From Paraspadella gotoi (taxonomy: Eukaryota > Animalia > Chaetognatha): a DNA stretch of 64,000 bases. Positions within the stretch are counted from its first letter, which is position 1. Each line of letters starts with the position of its first letter. The stretch is taken from positions 22,521,058 to 22,585,057 of the forward strand of contig CM119265.1 of assembly GCA_051294375.1 (NCBI GenBank), given 5' to 3'. Below the pieces are notes generated by a model. That model did no database searches. It saw only the letters and a list, made by a program, of their open reading frames with translations, and was not told where the DNA came from. Shown here in pieces: positions 36,401-48,300 of this stretch. The position numbers and the translations under genes were made by a program.

Positions 36401-39400
36401 GACCCATACCAGTTTCATTCCGGCGGCGTCAGGGGAAGTCATTTCCGAGCGTTTCATCCGCCTTTCCGCAGATCGACCGGTAACGAAACGTCTAGACTTC
36501 CATGCTACGCAGTAACCGGCATTGGGCGATTTCGGACAATAATCTCTTGTCTGTTTGCTCCCTGTCACAGATGCATGTTTGATTTACGCACGCGTTTTAA
36601 TATCATTTTTTCCTCACATTAATAAATATATTTCGCACTTCATTCTAAAAAAAAATTAATCGTTCACCATGTACATCTATTTGATCTAGGTGACAGTCCT
36701 GTCGGCGTTCCTCGATCGTCGGCGCTTTCACCGGGCGGAAGTCACACCACTTCCCCAAAGCGACTCCATCATGGTACGGGAAGCGGGCATCAGCCTGTCG
36801 GCGCCGGTCAACCTCTCCTTCAAGTTGGCGGCGGCGGCGGCCCGTCTTCGCTGATGCGAAATTCTGATCATATCGGTCAGAACGAGCGGGGCGATTTCAA
36901 GGCAAGGAGCAAGAGTCCCGGACTCAAGCTGAAGATCGGGCCGCCGGTCGGAAGTCAAGGTACGCGAGCTTTAATCTACAGAGGGCATCATATTATAAAA
37001 TGTGGTACTGTGGCAGCAAGACTTAAAGCTGCCTCACTGCTGTCCGTCCTCAGCCTCGTCTCAATGGCTGAGCAGGCTAAATCATCTCATTCCATCCGTG
37101 CGTCCCGGGTTCAATCCCTGGGTATCCCGGTTGTGACCAGAATCTGTTCCCACCAAACTACCCGATCGAATTTCATGAAATTTTACATATAGAGTCCTAA
37201 TGACCATATAAATGGAACTATCGAAGCGAATTTTGATATTCAACCCATGACAAGAGATACAGGGCCCTGGTGCTGGACCCTCGGGGGCCAAAAAAGGCTA
37301 AAATATTTTTTTATTTTTTATAATTTTTTAGTAGCATCAGGTTCATCGATGTCTTAAACATATAAAAATCTTTTTTAAAACTAAAATTGATAAATATTTT
37401 GCTAATTAATCGGTGTTTGAAGATGCATGGTTCGGTTTTTTTTTTCGTTTTTTTTTTCTCCCAATTTTCCCGCATTATTCCAAAACCGCTGGTGTTCATG
37501 AAGCTGAAACTTAAAGTTAAATTAATATTTTTGTGGTAATAAATACATTTTTGTGGAATAGTAAACGACTGTGCAACTGTTCAAAACAAAAAAATTAAAA
37601 AGTTAGAAAAACAATTTTTTCACATTTTTTGCCCCTATTATTTGCCCCCTCCTGGGGGCTGGGGCCCATATCTCGGCTCAGGGGTCAAATATTGAAATTC
37701 GCCTCGTTCATAACAAATTTCATTAAAATCTATTCAGTAGTTTTCTCGGAACGTGTTCTGGTCACAAAAAAGGGTTACCTCATTTTATAATATGAAGTCT
37801 TCTGTAATGACTAATGTGTTCGTTTTTATTTCGTTTTTATTTCGCCAGACGGGCGAATGCCCAACTTGGGTTTCTGCGTCTTTTGACCGTAGTCGTCATC
37901 GTCGTCACGCTGTTTTAACATTGAAAATAGCTCAAGTTTGTAACCATAAGAAGCTGAAAATTTAGATATGGTTTCTCATCATTGAGGTCTTTTAAATTGT
38001 TATGTTTCATATTCCTACACTCATTTGTTTGTTTTATTTAAATAAATTTAAATAAAAATCGTTGTTAAATCTCTCTTCAAACTTTGTTCTAAATCAAATC
38101 ACAACGAAACAGAAAGGAAAAAAACACAATGTTTTATTTACAAAATAATTTTTATATATATGAAATTGATACAACCAATATAAAAACGAGTTCAGCTTTG
38201 CAGCGGCTGTACTAGAATAATTAAAGTTAAACTAACAATTATGATAATTAAATCATTAATTATTTAGCTAATAATTGAACCACAAACAAACATGATCATT
38301 TACCCGGGCCTTAGGGCGGTTTATAAATTTTTTTTTTCTCAAATTTTATTTTTTTTAGTATCAAAATTTGTTGTCAACCCAGATTTTTCTTTTGTTTTTC
38401 GTTTGCTCAGACTTAGTCTGTTTGTTTGTTTGTTGATGATCATTGTACTGAATCAACCTTGTTGTATTCGAATAAAATCGCATATATTATTTGGTTAGCA
38501 TCGTATCAATTATTTGGTTAGCATCATATCCATCGTTTGGTTATCATCGCATCAATATTTGGTTATCATCGCATCCATCATTTGGTTATCATCGCATCAA
38601 TATTTGGTTGTCATCGCATCAATTCTTTGGTTATTATCACATCAATCCTTTGGTTATCATCGCATTATTCCTTTGGTTATTATCTCATCAATCCTTTGGT
38701 TATCATCGCATCAATATGTGGTTATCATCGAATCAATAATCAATTACTATTACATCAATCAATCAATTATTATTACATCAATCAATTACTATTACATAAA
38801 TAATTCATTATCGCATCAATCATTCGGTTTTTTTTAGGATTTTTTCATTAATTTTCTTTGATAGTAACGTCTGGCCAGATCACTATACTTTTAAGATTTT
38901 TTTATTTAACTTTAGGGTTAAAACTTATTTAATAATATATCTTCAAAAAATCTCACCTTATGGTTGAATACATATTTCAGGCGACAGCGATTCACGTGCA
39001 TCTGACAACTATAACGATGCGTTCGAACTACACGGCCGCGCGATTCCTCTCTCTACGCGTCCTGTTAACGCTCCTCGCGACGGGACTCAAGCCCAGTCGC
39101 ACTCGTCGCAACTTCTGCAGCATCAAATGCTGCACTTGCAGCTGTCTGGTACCCGATCTTCGCCACAGCGCCAGCGCGTCCGCAGTGAACCAAGCGGAGA
39201 CTCTTGCGTTTTTGGCCCCGTGGAAGAAAAAACGCCCCCTTCCCGGGCTTGCCCCTCTACGCCGCCCCCACCGCCCCCTCCTCGATCGCCCACCCCTCCG
39301 CCGCCGCCCCCGCGGACGCATTCAGCCTCACCCGGCGCGGCGAGGGAGAGCAGGAGAGAATTAGTGAGGTCAAAGGTGAGAGAATTTGAAGGTCAAAACA

Positions 39401-40884
39401 TGAAACATTCCAATGAGTCTCTCAAGTTTTGTCCTGGTTTTATTTGATTTATTATTGATTTATTATTCGATTACTTTAATATTAGTAATGTAATAAAAAT
39501 TAATCATGTTTGTAATTTGGAGTTATTCTGACACAAAAAAAATATCCGTTTTTACTCAGAAAGTGACATCTGAATCGGCGAGTCCCAGTCCAAACCGAGG
39601 CAAGTCGGACACGCCCAGATCCCGGGGCGCCTCTCCCGCCATCCCACCGCGCTCCTCATCCATCCAGTCTCGAGAAGCAGGCACGGCTCCGCAGTCGCGA
39701 CCCGGTCACGGCGTCGTCGCTCCGCCCTCTTCGATCGCCACTTCGACTCGATCCTCGCCGCAACCGATTCCCGCCCCTCCCCCGCCTCCCGCACCCGTTC
39801 TCACCCACAAACAACAGTTTCAGCGACACAGCTGCCCACCCGGAACTCTGAACAGGTTCGGGCGGGTTGTCGGCACTAGTCGCAATATCGAGTTGTATTT
39901 AATTGATTTGAATTTGATTTCATTTATTTGATAAACGTGATTCAGAGAGTATGTTACTGATTGCGACGATCTTGTAACGCTTTTGCGCATAAGTGGCGTA
40001 GTCGTCGTCGGCGTTCCAACTTATCGATCGCCTTTTTGATGATTAAATTTGGGTGTATGAAGCTGGAAATTTATATACAGCTTCTCATCATCGAAATTAT
40101 CAAAACAAACAAATTTCCTTTATTATTTTTATGTCTCCTTCTCTCTCTCTTTTCTCTTTTAATTATATGTAGCTCTCTCTCTCTTTTCCCCCCAGGCTGA
40201 TTCATCGAGAAAAAAAACGCTTTTTCTTTTTCTCTTTTCTCCTGCTGCTTCTGCTGCTGCCTTTTGATATCTTTCTTTTTTTCTGGCTGCCTCTGCTCCG
40301 CTGCTGATTCGTCCGAAAACGATTTGGCTTCTCTCTCTCTCTCTCTTAAATCAAATCTCTCTCTCTCTCTCTTTCTTCCTCTCTTTTTTTTTCTCAGGGG
40401 CTGCGTCTGCTGATCAGTTCATTTCTGAAACTGTAACTTTAATTTTCCTCGGTACTTTATTTTTTTTTTAATTGACAATTGCAAAATCGAATTTTTCTTT
40501 CTCTTTATAAATTTTTTTTTTTTTCAAATTTTATTTTTTTTTATTATCAAAATTTGTCGTCAATCCAGATTTTTCTTATGCAATTGCGACGATCCTTATG
40601 CTTTTAAGATTTTTTTTTTAAATTTCAGGCAGGACAGCTCATCGCCAGACATCGGACGCGGCAGGCCCGTTCTAGAATGCGGTTCGAGTCAAGGCAGCGA
40701 TTGCGGTGACGGAAGCGTTGGCAGCGTCATCAGCGTTGGGGTCGGCGTTACCTTCCGGCGTCCTCGAAGTCAACAAGATTCCGTGAGATCGGGAAGCGGA
40801 GAGTTTTCCAGTTTGGAAACGGAAGCCGACGCCGCCAAGAGGCTCTCCTTTCAAGAGAAGAGGCAGTTCTTCGAATCCCTTTGA
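24712..40884 (+). CDS. MAST: Microtubule-associated Ser/Thr kinase (MAST): SAM-like - DUF1908 - AGC kinase - PDZ, ~24 exons
   Basis: DUF1908 motifs [39 protein letters not shown] and [20 protein letters not shown]. Kinase [15 protein letters not shown]...HRDIKPDN...[12 protein letters not shown]...[23 protein letters not shown] (exon 29402-30333). AGC tail [22 protein letters not shown]...[12 protein letters not shown]. Also [19 protein letters not shown] and [14 protein letters not shown]. Stop TGA at 40882-40884. Confidence 0.93.
27106..27660 (+). mobile_element. HINE family A copy (5' subTIR eroded) in a MAST intron
   Basis: Contains cagcagatc...tctataatccac, agaacttcaaattat and (GTCC)n, with 3' gtttgctcaaactt, all matching the 17897 copy. 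Confidence 0.72.
30382..30890 (+). repeat. HINE family B fragment with a 22/23-bp tandem array
   Basis: Starts aaaaacgagttcagctctgcagcggctg (shared with 38182 and 58281). Tandem units agtgaatgactatcattgcatc and aatcatttggttatcatcgcatc span 30537-30877. Confidence 0.75.
34040..34297 (-). mobile_element. HINE family C, short complete copy
   Basis: The minus strand reads tttttagttgcgccgcgagtactcgcggagcaactctataagccac, then (GTCG/GTCT)n, and ends ggcgcaac...cttgttt. This is the same architecture as family A with a different subTIR. Confidence 0.7.
36979..37804. mobile_element. TA-flanked MITE with long imperfect inverted arms (Tc1/mariner-like ends)
   Basis: TA|CAGAGGGCATCATATTATAAAATGTGGTA ... 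TACCTCATTTTATAATATGAAGTCTTCTG|TA. Internal inverted matches: 37131-37190 vs 37710-37770 and 37220-37295 vs 37640-37706. Confidence 0.72.
38182..38903 (+). mobile_element. HINE family B derivative with a 23-bp tandem array (38483-38830)
   Basis: Shares aaaaacgagttcagct, tatcaaaatttgttgtcaacccagatttttc and the terminal cttttaagattttt with other copies. The array unit tttggttatcatcgcatcaat is the same as at 30700. Confidence 0.68.
39960..40620 (+). mobile_element. HINE family B copy in the last MAST intron
   Basis: ttgcgacgat...ttttgcgcataagtggcgtagtcgtcgtc ... 3' attgcgacgatccttatgcttttaagattttt. Near-identical to 49757 and 57948. Confidence 0.78.
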
Positions 40885-42320
40885 AGAATATTTCCTTTCT
40901 CCCTCTCCTTTCTGGATGGGCGCGGAGCTGTCTCGGCAAAACCCGCGACTCTTACCTCACGCTTTGATTTTAGCCCACAAAAATACACTCACGCAGGCAC
41001 ACACACGCAGACACCCAAAAACACCAACAACACGCCCTAAAAAACAGTGCTCCCTTCCCGAATAACCGAGATAGTTTTGATTGTAGTTTTGTTGTCACGA
41101 AGAGGAAGAAACAGTAAAAGTCTCGGATGTTTTTTGTTCTTTTGTCTTTTTTTTTTTCTACTTTTGACGGGCGGTGATTGAAGGACGAGGAAGACGGATA
41201 TGGGACGGATGGGACGGATATGGGATCCAAATGTTTCTCGCTTTGTTATAAACGCTGTTTTTATTTTTTGTCGATCGAGATTTTCCCTTTTTTTTTTTGA
41301 CCCAATAAACAGCGCCGCGGTTCAAAAGGTTACTTTACGCTTGTTTTAAATAATATTACAGAGCTTTCTATTTGGAAAAATAATATTTAAAAATAAGATT
41401 TGTATTTCTTTTTTGTTTTGCGTATTTTCGCTCGAGACCGTTAGATGGGGGCAACCAAAACCTGGAGTGGAACTTTTGATTATTAATATTATAATTACTA
41501 TTATTCGGAGACTCCATAAATACCTGTCGACGACAATATATTTTTGAGATGCACCCAATTTTTGCTCCCGATATCACACTTCTCTCTTAGCTTCAGCGTC
41601 AGCTTCATTTCATCTCGTCTTTCCTCTCTTTTTTAATCTTTCGTGTCCGTCTTATCAACAACAGTAGCGTAATTTCTTTTTCATGTCCCTTTAGAGGATA
41701 TACGTTAATCTATTTCGTGAAGAGGGTACGGCAGAAAGAAAAAAAAGGATTGCATGACACGATAGTTTTACAAGAATATTTTTGTGCCTCACACCGTTTT
41801 TATAGTAGTTATTTTGGCGAGGACGATTTTTAGCTTTTTTGGGAATGCTGTTACGTATTGACCTAGCTCTACTCCTGAAAATTAGTTTCTCAACTCAACC
41901 AGTTACAAAAAAGGAAGGAAACTAGTTATTTTTATCTAAACACGGTGCGTGAAAAACTCAAATACGTTTTGTTTTTTTACTTGCACATTTAAACTTAAAA
42001 TGTCATTTGGAATGTTTACTGTACTATCTAAAAATCATTCCATTTCGCTCGTCCAAGAATACCTTTTCCCTTCTTTGTGTTAGAACTCACCATTAATGTC
42101 TATTGTGATGAACTTGTAACTTCGATTTTCTAGGCTCATACGATGACAATTGAAATTTTTCGCTCCGATCATAAGGATGAAGATATTTTAGAGCTGAACT
42201 ATGCTTTAACTTGCCTTTGGGGTGGATAATCTAATGACATAAAAAATGGGTAAAACCCAAAAGATGAAATATTTTCGATTCGAGCTGATTTTATTAATTG
42301 GTCAGCTGTTCATCCACGGA

Positions 42321-45300
42321 ATGGATCTCGTGCCTCGTTTGTCAAAAGGTTTTGAGAATTCGGGAATCACAGGTGGGTGTGATGTGTAGTGTTTTATAAA
42401 TTGTGATAGTTGTGATATTGATGTTTAAATCGGTAGTAAAAAATATCGGCATTAAGTCTTGTTGTCTTACTTCGCCATTTCGCGCGTTTAATAGATCTCG
42501 ACTCAAGCGAGTTCAATTTTTATGATTAGTCAGGTTTTACATAATCCTTGGGAATTTGGTCTCCAGAGCACACGTCATTCAACTGCCATCATCCGAAGGC
42601 CGAGACCCCTCAAGTCCTCAATATTAGCTGCCCCTCTGCTTCGGTCGATGTCAATTCGATCAACCAGAAAAATCAAGGAGCCAAGATTAAAATTGTTCAA
42701 GGAGTTTATGGAATTTCCACTTATCCAGGTCAGTGGAAAGTTACTGAAGTTTAATCTCTACATAATCATTTAAGGGACAAGGACACCCTCTGATGTTGTG
42801 CTCGTTGTATGACTAATTGACTATTGACTAGTAAAGCGTAGTAAAAATTTCAAAATCAATTAGAATCAAAATTCGTGAAACCTGTGAACATGTCTTTAAT
42901 CTACAGGAGTAATTTAAGGGTGGTTTAGGGGTAGTTAAGGTTAGTGGCGTTTAGGTTAATTAGGTAATATTTTTTACTATTTTTTTATCTCGTCAGACGG
43001 GCCCGTCCTGGGCGAGATTTAGATTTTACAAGACAGCGTGGACGCAACCGAGCCTTTTATTGTTATCGTTTATAACCTTGTTGAAGAATAAATCATTCTT
43101 ACTCTGAAACTTGTTGCGTCCACAACAGTTCATAATAGACTATTCCAATATTGATCAGCAACTTTTAATACGCCTTAATGACTAGGTATTCGGTGCTATT
43201 ACCACCATGGAGATTGTTTTATCGACGACATCGGCAGTTTAAAAGATTGCAGCGGAAAACGAAATTGCCAAATAACCGTCGATAGAAGGTACGGATTCTC
43301 CATATCAGCCGATGTTTTCGAGTCGTCAACATTAATAATCTCTTTAAAAAATTTTGTTGAAAAAAAGGTATCTGGGTCACAAATGCGGCGGAAAATCGTT
43401 TTCCAACTATTTGATGGTCGCCTATCAATGCATTCCCGCTGCTTCCATCCACAACATTTGCGAGAGTTCCTACCACATTTCTGTCTACAACGGTTTTATC
43501 ATCTCCCCCGGTTATCCGAGTCCTTATTACAAAGGCGAGTCTTTAGCTCTTTAATCCGTTACGCGCACGCGCAATAAATGACGTTGACAACGGAAACGCT
43601 AACGCTCTTCCCTCCATCTTCAGACATCAACTGCCAGTGCAACGTCTCCACTTCCGACGGCGGGCTGTTGTTCCGCGTGGTCGATTTCAGCACAACCGCT
43701 CTTAATTGCCAGCACGACTACGTGGCCGTTCATACCACGCGCAAGATAGAGAAGTTTTGCGGAGAGTATCCCTTGGGAACCTTTTACAGGTTGGTTTACC
43801 CCTTTTTTGTTTTGATTATTAAAGGATGTTAAATGATTTTTTTTTTCAGAACTCGTGAGAGACAAGTTTCGCTTCAATTCATCACCAAATTGTCCGCTCG
43901 TGGATTTTGGCTCGAATACAAAGCGCGATCAAGTAGGTCTTCTCTCTCCTTTTTTTATTTTTAACTTTGTTTTGGTTCTTTCGTTTCGTTGTGTTGTGTT
44001 GGGTTGTGTTGTGTTGTGTTGGTAGCATTAAAGGAGAAAAGTTTTTTTTAATTTTGAACAATGAATTTATTTTGCATGAAAAATGGACGTTTCGGCTTCA
44101 ATGTAAGCCTTCATCAGCGCAAAGTGAGTGTCCATTTTTCATGCTAAATAAATTCGTTGTTCAAAATTAAAAAAACTTTTCTCCTTAAATATTTTTAACT
44201 TAAAACTTTTTTAAATGATTTTAGGCAAAAGTCTTCTTACTTTGGCCTGCGCCTCTCTCTCCGCCCCTACCGACCCATCCGCCTCCACGACAAGACTTCC
44301 GACCTGGCGCTCTGACGCCAGCGCGCCCGACGCCGCCTCCTCGAACGCGTCAACTTCATCCGCGTTTCCCCTCGAAAACTCTTCTGTCAAACACCCTACG
44401 GGCGTCGTGAGCGACAAAAGCAGCTTCGAACGCGACGCCGTCCTCGTTGACGATTCCGTTGTCTCCTCCAAGGGCCGCACTCCCTCGCAACCCGTCGTCC
44501 CGACCAAGTCGCGGTCTTGTCCGTACTGGGAGGTCGGCTGCGGCGACGAGGAGGTTGTCGTGGACGGACTGTTGCAGGACGAGTCGGGCGACGACGATTT
44601 TGTCGGCGCCGGACGTCGTATCGGTCAAATATCCACGATTCTTATCGTCGTCGGCGTCTCGGCCTTTGTCGTCTTTTTCGTAGTCTTCGCTGTGGCGTAC
44701 CGGAAACGTCAGAGTGGTCTGGTCCGTAACGCCGACGAGGATCCGCCCTCTTCCGGTGATTTTTCATTTACGACCTCGGACGCACAAGTTCATAAATTCA
44801 ATCACAGTTTTCCTTTGTTTGCAGACAACGGCGGCCTGGGATCCTTTTATCGCGGCGCCAAACTCAGCCTCGATTCCATCAATTCTGCCTGCGAGTGGAA
44901 CGGCGTTAAAACAACGGGCGCCTATAACGTCAAGTCGCGTCCACTTGATGCGGTCGGACCTGGCGGATCGACCCAATCGTTGGAGGAGTGGGGTCACGTC
45001 GACGATTTCGGCCTCTCACCGGCAGGGCCGGGCACCGAACCACGGAAGACCAATTTTTATCGTTCGAGGAGCTTCACCATGCTCGACCACGTCGCGCAGG
45101 TATGAGTTTTGCGATGATGACGTTGGAGTAAAGTAAAGTAAAGTAAGGCACATACTAAAAAGTAAACGTAAAAGCAAGAAAACCAAACATGAAATGTCTT
45201 TAAAAAAGTCCGTAATATGAGTTCGTGAATCGCAGTGAACGGAGGTAGACGATCCTGTTGGAGATAAGGTATAGACGTCATCGTAACCGTAACAAAAGAA

Positions 45301-48300
45301 AGCATTTTCGTTGAAAGATTTAAATTTTTAGTCGGATCTGCTTATCAGCAGATCCCGACTCTATAATCCACTTTGTCGGTCCGCCCCCTCAATCATGTCG
45401 GGCATTAAATTATATGTCAGAACATCGAATTATGATACATTATGCAAAAGAAATGTCCGTCCGTCTGTCTGTCAGTCTGTCTTTGTATGTATGTCCATTG
45501 TCCATCCCACCTTAGCAAAAAACTCCAATTACTTGTGATTGAATGGACGGATTGGAATGAAATTTTGTGTGAGGGTAGGAAAGTGTGTGTCTGACTCAGA
45601 GCTGGATATGAAGTCTGTCTCTGAGCTGGATATGAAGTTTCGATGGAATTGTGCGAGTGGAATAGAATTCAAATGGAAAAAATAAAAAAATAAATTTCAC
45701 TATTTGAATGCCAATTACTCATGAGTGGATGGGGCGATTGACTTTAAATTTTGTATGTGGGTAGGAAAGTGTGTGATTAAGCTGGAAATAAAGTTTCGAT
45801 GGAATTGTGGAAATGAGTTTAAATGAAAAAAACAAAAAAAACCTGTTTCACTAATTGATTATGCTTGTTTTTCTTTTTATATTAAATGTAAATGCAAGAT
45901 GTAATAATTAATAGAATAATTAATCAGTTAATAAATCAATTGTCAATTAATTAATCAATAATTAATTAATCAGTCAATAATTAATCATTTAATTATTCAA
46001 TCAATTTATTTATCTATTAAATAATTAAATCAATCAATTAATTTAACAATTAATTATTTAATAAATCAATCAATCAAGTCAATCATTATCGGCATTATTG
46101 TCGTCGTCGCCATCAACGTCGTCGTTGCTTTTGTTTCTGGTCAGTGACGAAAAGACCTAAAAACAAACATTTTGGGTCAAATTAATAAATTAATTAATTG
46201 CCTAATTAATTAACATGAATTCTATCATGTAGTTCTGCGCCCTACAACTAAGTGAAGCATCTGCTCTCCAAACGCGACATCTCCCGAGAGAAAAACGAAG
46301 AGGAAAACTCCTCTTCCCCGCCTTCTCTTCCCCTCCGTACGCTACCCAGTACGCCGACACGAGACAGAATCACTTCTTCTGTTCGCGCCTTTGCGCTCAG
46401 TCTCCCGGCTTTTTTACGAAAATATTTTTTGATTATTTTTGTTAAATAATTTTGCATATTTTTGTTTCTCTTTTTTTTGGAGTTCAGAATACAGATATTC
46501 TTCAACACGTGGCTTTTTTGAAGTTCTCTCTCTACGGCCGCCATCTTTTTCGTCTTCGTTGTGCGTGGCTTCGGAGGAAGAGCCTTGACTCGGCCCTTTC
46601 GCTTGCCCTCGACGCACCCTGCGCGGCTGCGGAGGGAAGAGCCGCGACTCGGCCCTCTCGTTTGCCCTCGGCGCTTAGTACGGCTGCAGGGGGGAAGAAC
46701 CTTGTTTCGGCCCCCTTGTTTGTCCAGTGCTCTGTTTTTTGGACTGAGGCGCGTGTTTTCAACTCGACTACCCTCATGTCTCTTCCGCCGCCGCCTTCGC
46801 CGCCGCTCCCACCGCCGCTCCACCGCCTCCACCATCAGCCATTCGGGCTTTTCTGGTCAGGCCGAAGTCATGCCCCTTCAGATGGAGGCAGTTCTACTCC
46901 AAATTAGCAACGCTTTTCTAGCGTTCGTCGCGAATTTAAGGAGTTTCGCCGCTCGTCTCGTTCCGAGTTGGAGAGTCTTCGGCGGTGAGTACTTCTTTCT
47001 TTTCGTTTTGGTTTTTCGCCTTTTTTTGGCGTACATTCGGCGTACAGAGGGGTTTTCCTCCTGTGCCCCACCTAACTCGATTTGTTTGTTTGTTTTTTGT
47101 CGGGCCTTCGCCTGGTCTTGTTACAGGCTCACTTGTGGTGGGGAAGAACTACATGATAGAATTTTTGGTTCCTTATGGAACCGGGATTCTTCATGGTTCT
47201 TCCCCACCAACAACCACCCACCGTCCACCCCTGGCACCACCGGTGGTGGAGGGCGGCTCAGGCTCGCTTGTCTTGTTTGGTGGGTGTTTTTTGGGGTTCC
47301 TTTTTTGAGATTGTCATTTTTCAATGATTTCTCTTTTTTTCCATGTACGTTTTCTTCATGGTTCTTGGACGCCTCTGTTCGCCATTTCGCCGTTCTTCGT
47401 CGATCTTCGTTTGTTCGCCAGCGACTTGGAGTCTTCGCGTTCTTTGGCGGCCTCTTCGCGGCGGATCGGCCTTGCGCTCCGAGCGGGTGACTGCGTCACG
47501 CCTTCCTCGTCGAGCCCCGTCTGCGCAAGTCGACGACGACGCCTCCGTTTCCGGATCAGAGGAGGGTTCCTCCTCTGAAGAGTCTGCTGGGGTTTTGACA
47601 ACTTCTTGTCTCGTCGTGCTTCTATACAGCCTTCGGAGTGGGTCCTGCAGCAGTGGAAGGATTTGCGCAGAGTTGGCCAGGACGACGTTCTTTTACCGTC
47701 GTGGGACGTGCTTTCCGCCAATACGCGTTTCCGGCGCTGGTCGGATGTTTCTTCGCCGGCGGAGTTTCGTCCTCCTGCTCAAGAGAGTTGCCTTGCCGCT
47801 CAGTTCGACGCCGTTCGGAAGGACTCCAAGACGACGCGCGCTTTCAAGGCTTTTGAGCGCATCATGAGGGACGCCGGAGCGTCCGCTCATGCTGTCCTTT
47901 CTGTCGCTGACGCTCTCCGCCTCATGGTTGAGGCCCTACGCTCGGAGGGGCCCGGTGCAGTGGACGCAGGCCACCTTGACGATCTTGCCAAGCCCCTTGG
48001 AGACGCCTCGTCGGGTTTGGCGGCGATTTTTGGTTCGGCCCTCTCCGAGTCTCGGCGCTTAGTTGTCGACGCTGCCCCTTCGGATCTCAAGACAGTTCTG
48101 TCCAGTTCTCCGCCCTCCACGTCGTTCTTTTTCGGAGACCGCTCCACAGACGTCACTCAAGCGTTCCATTCTTCGCTTCTCCGCTCCGGGGCGCCACACA
48201 ATTGCGCCTGTTCTGCTAGCCGCAAGCGTGGGCGTGGCAGTCCGCGTAGTCCCGCTCGCCGTCCTACGGCCTCGCAAGTCTTCGCCGCCTCCCAAGCGTA

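Noticed and set aside
39364-39392. VRSKVREFE motif in MAST
   Set aside because: Phase requires the donor at 39376 (AAG|gtgaga), so VREFE is intronic.
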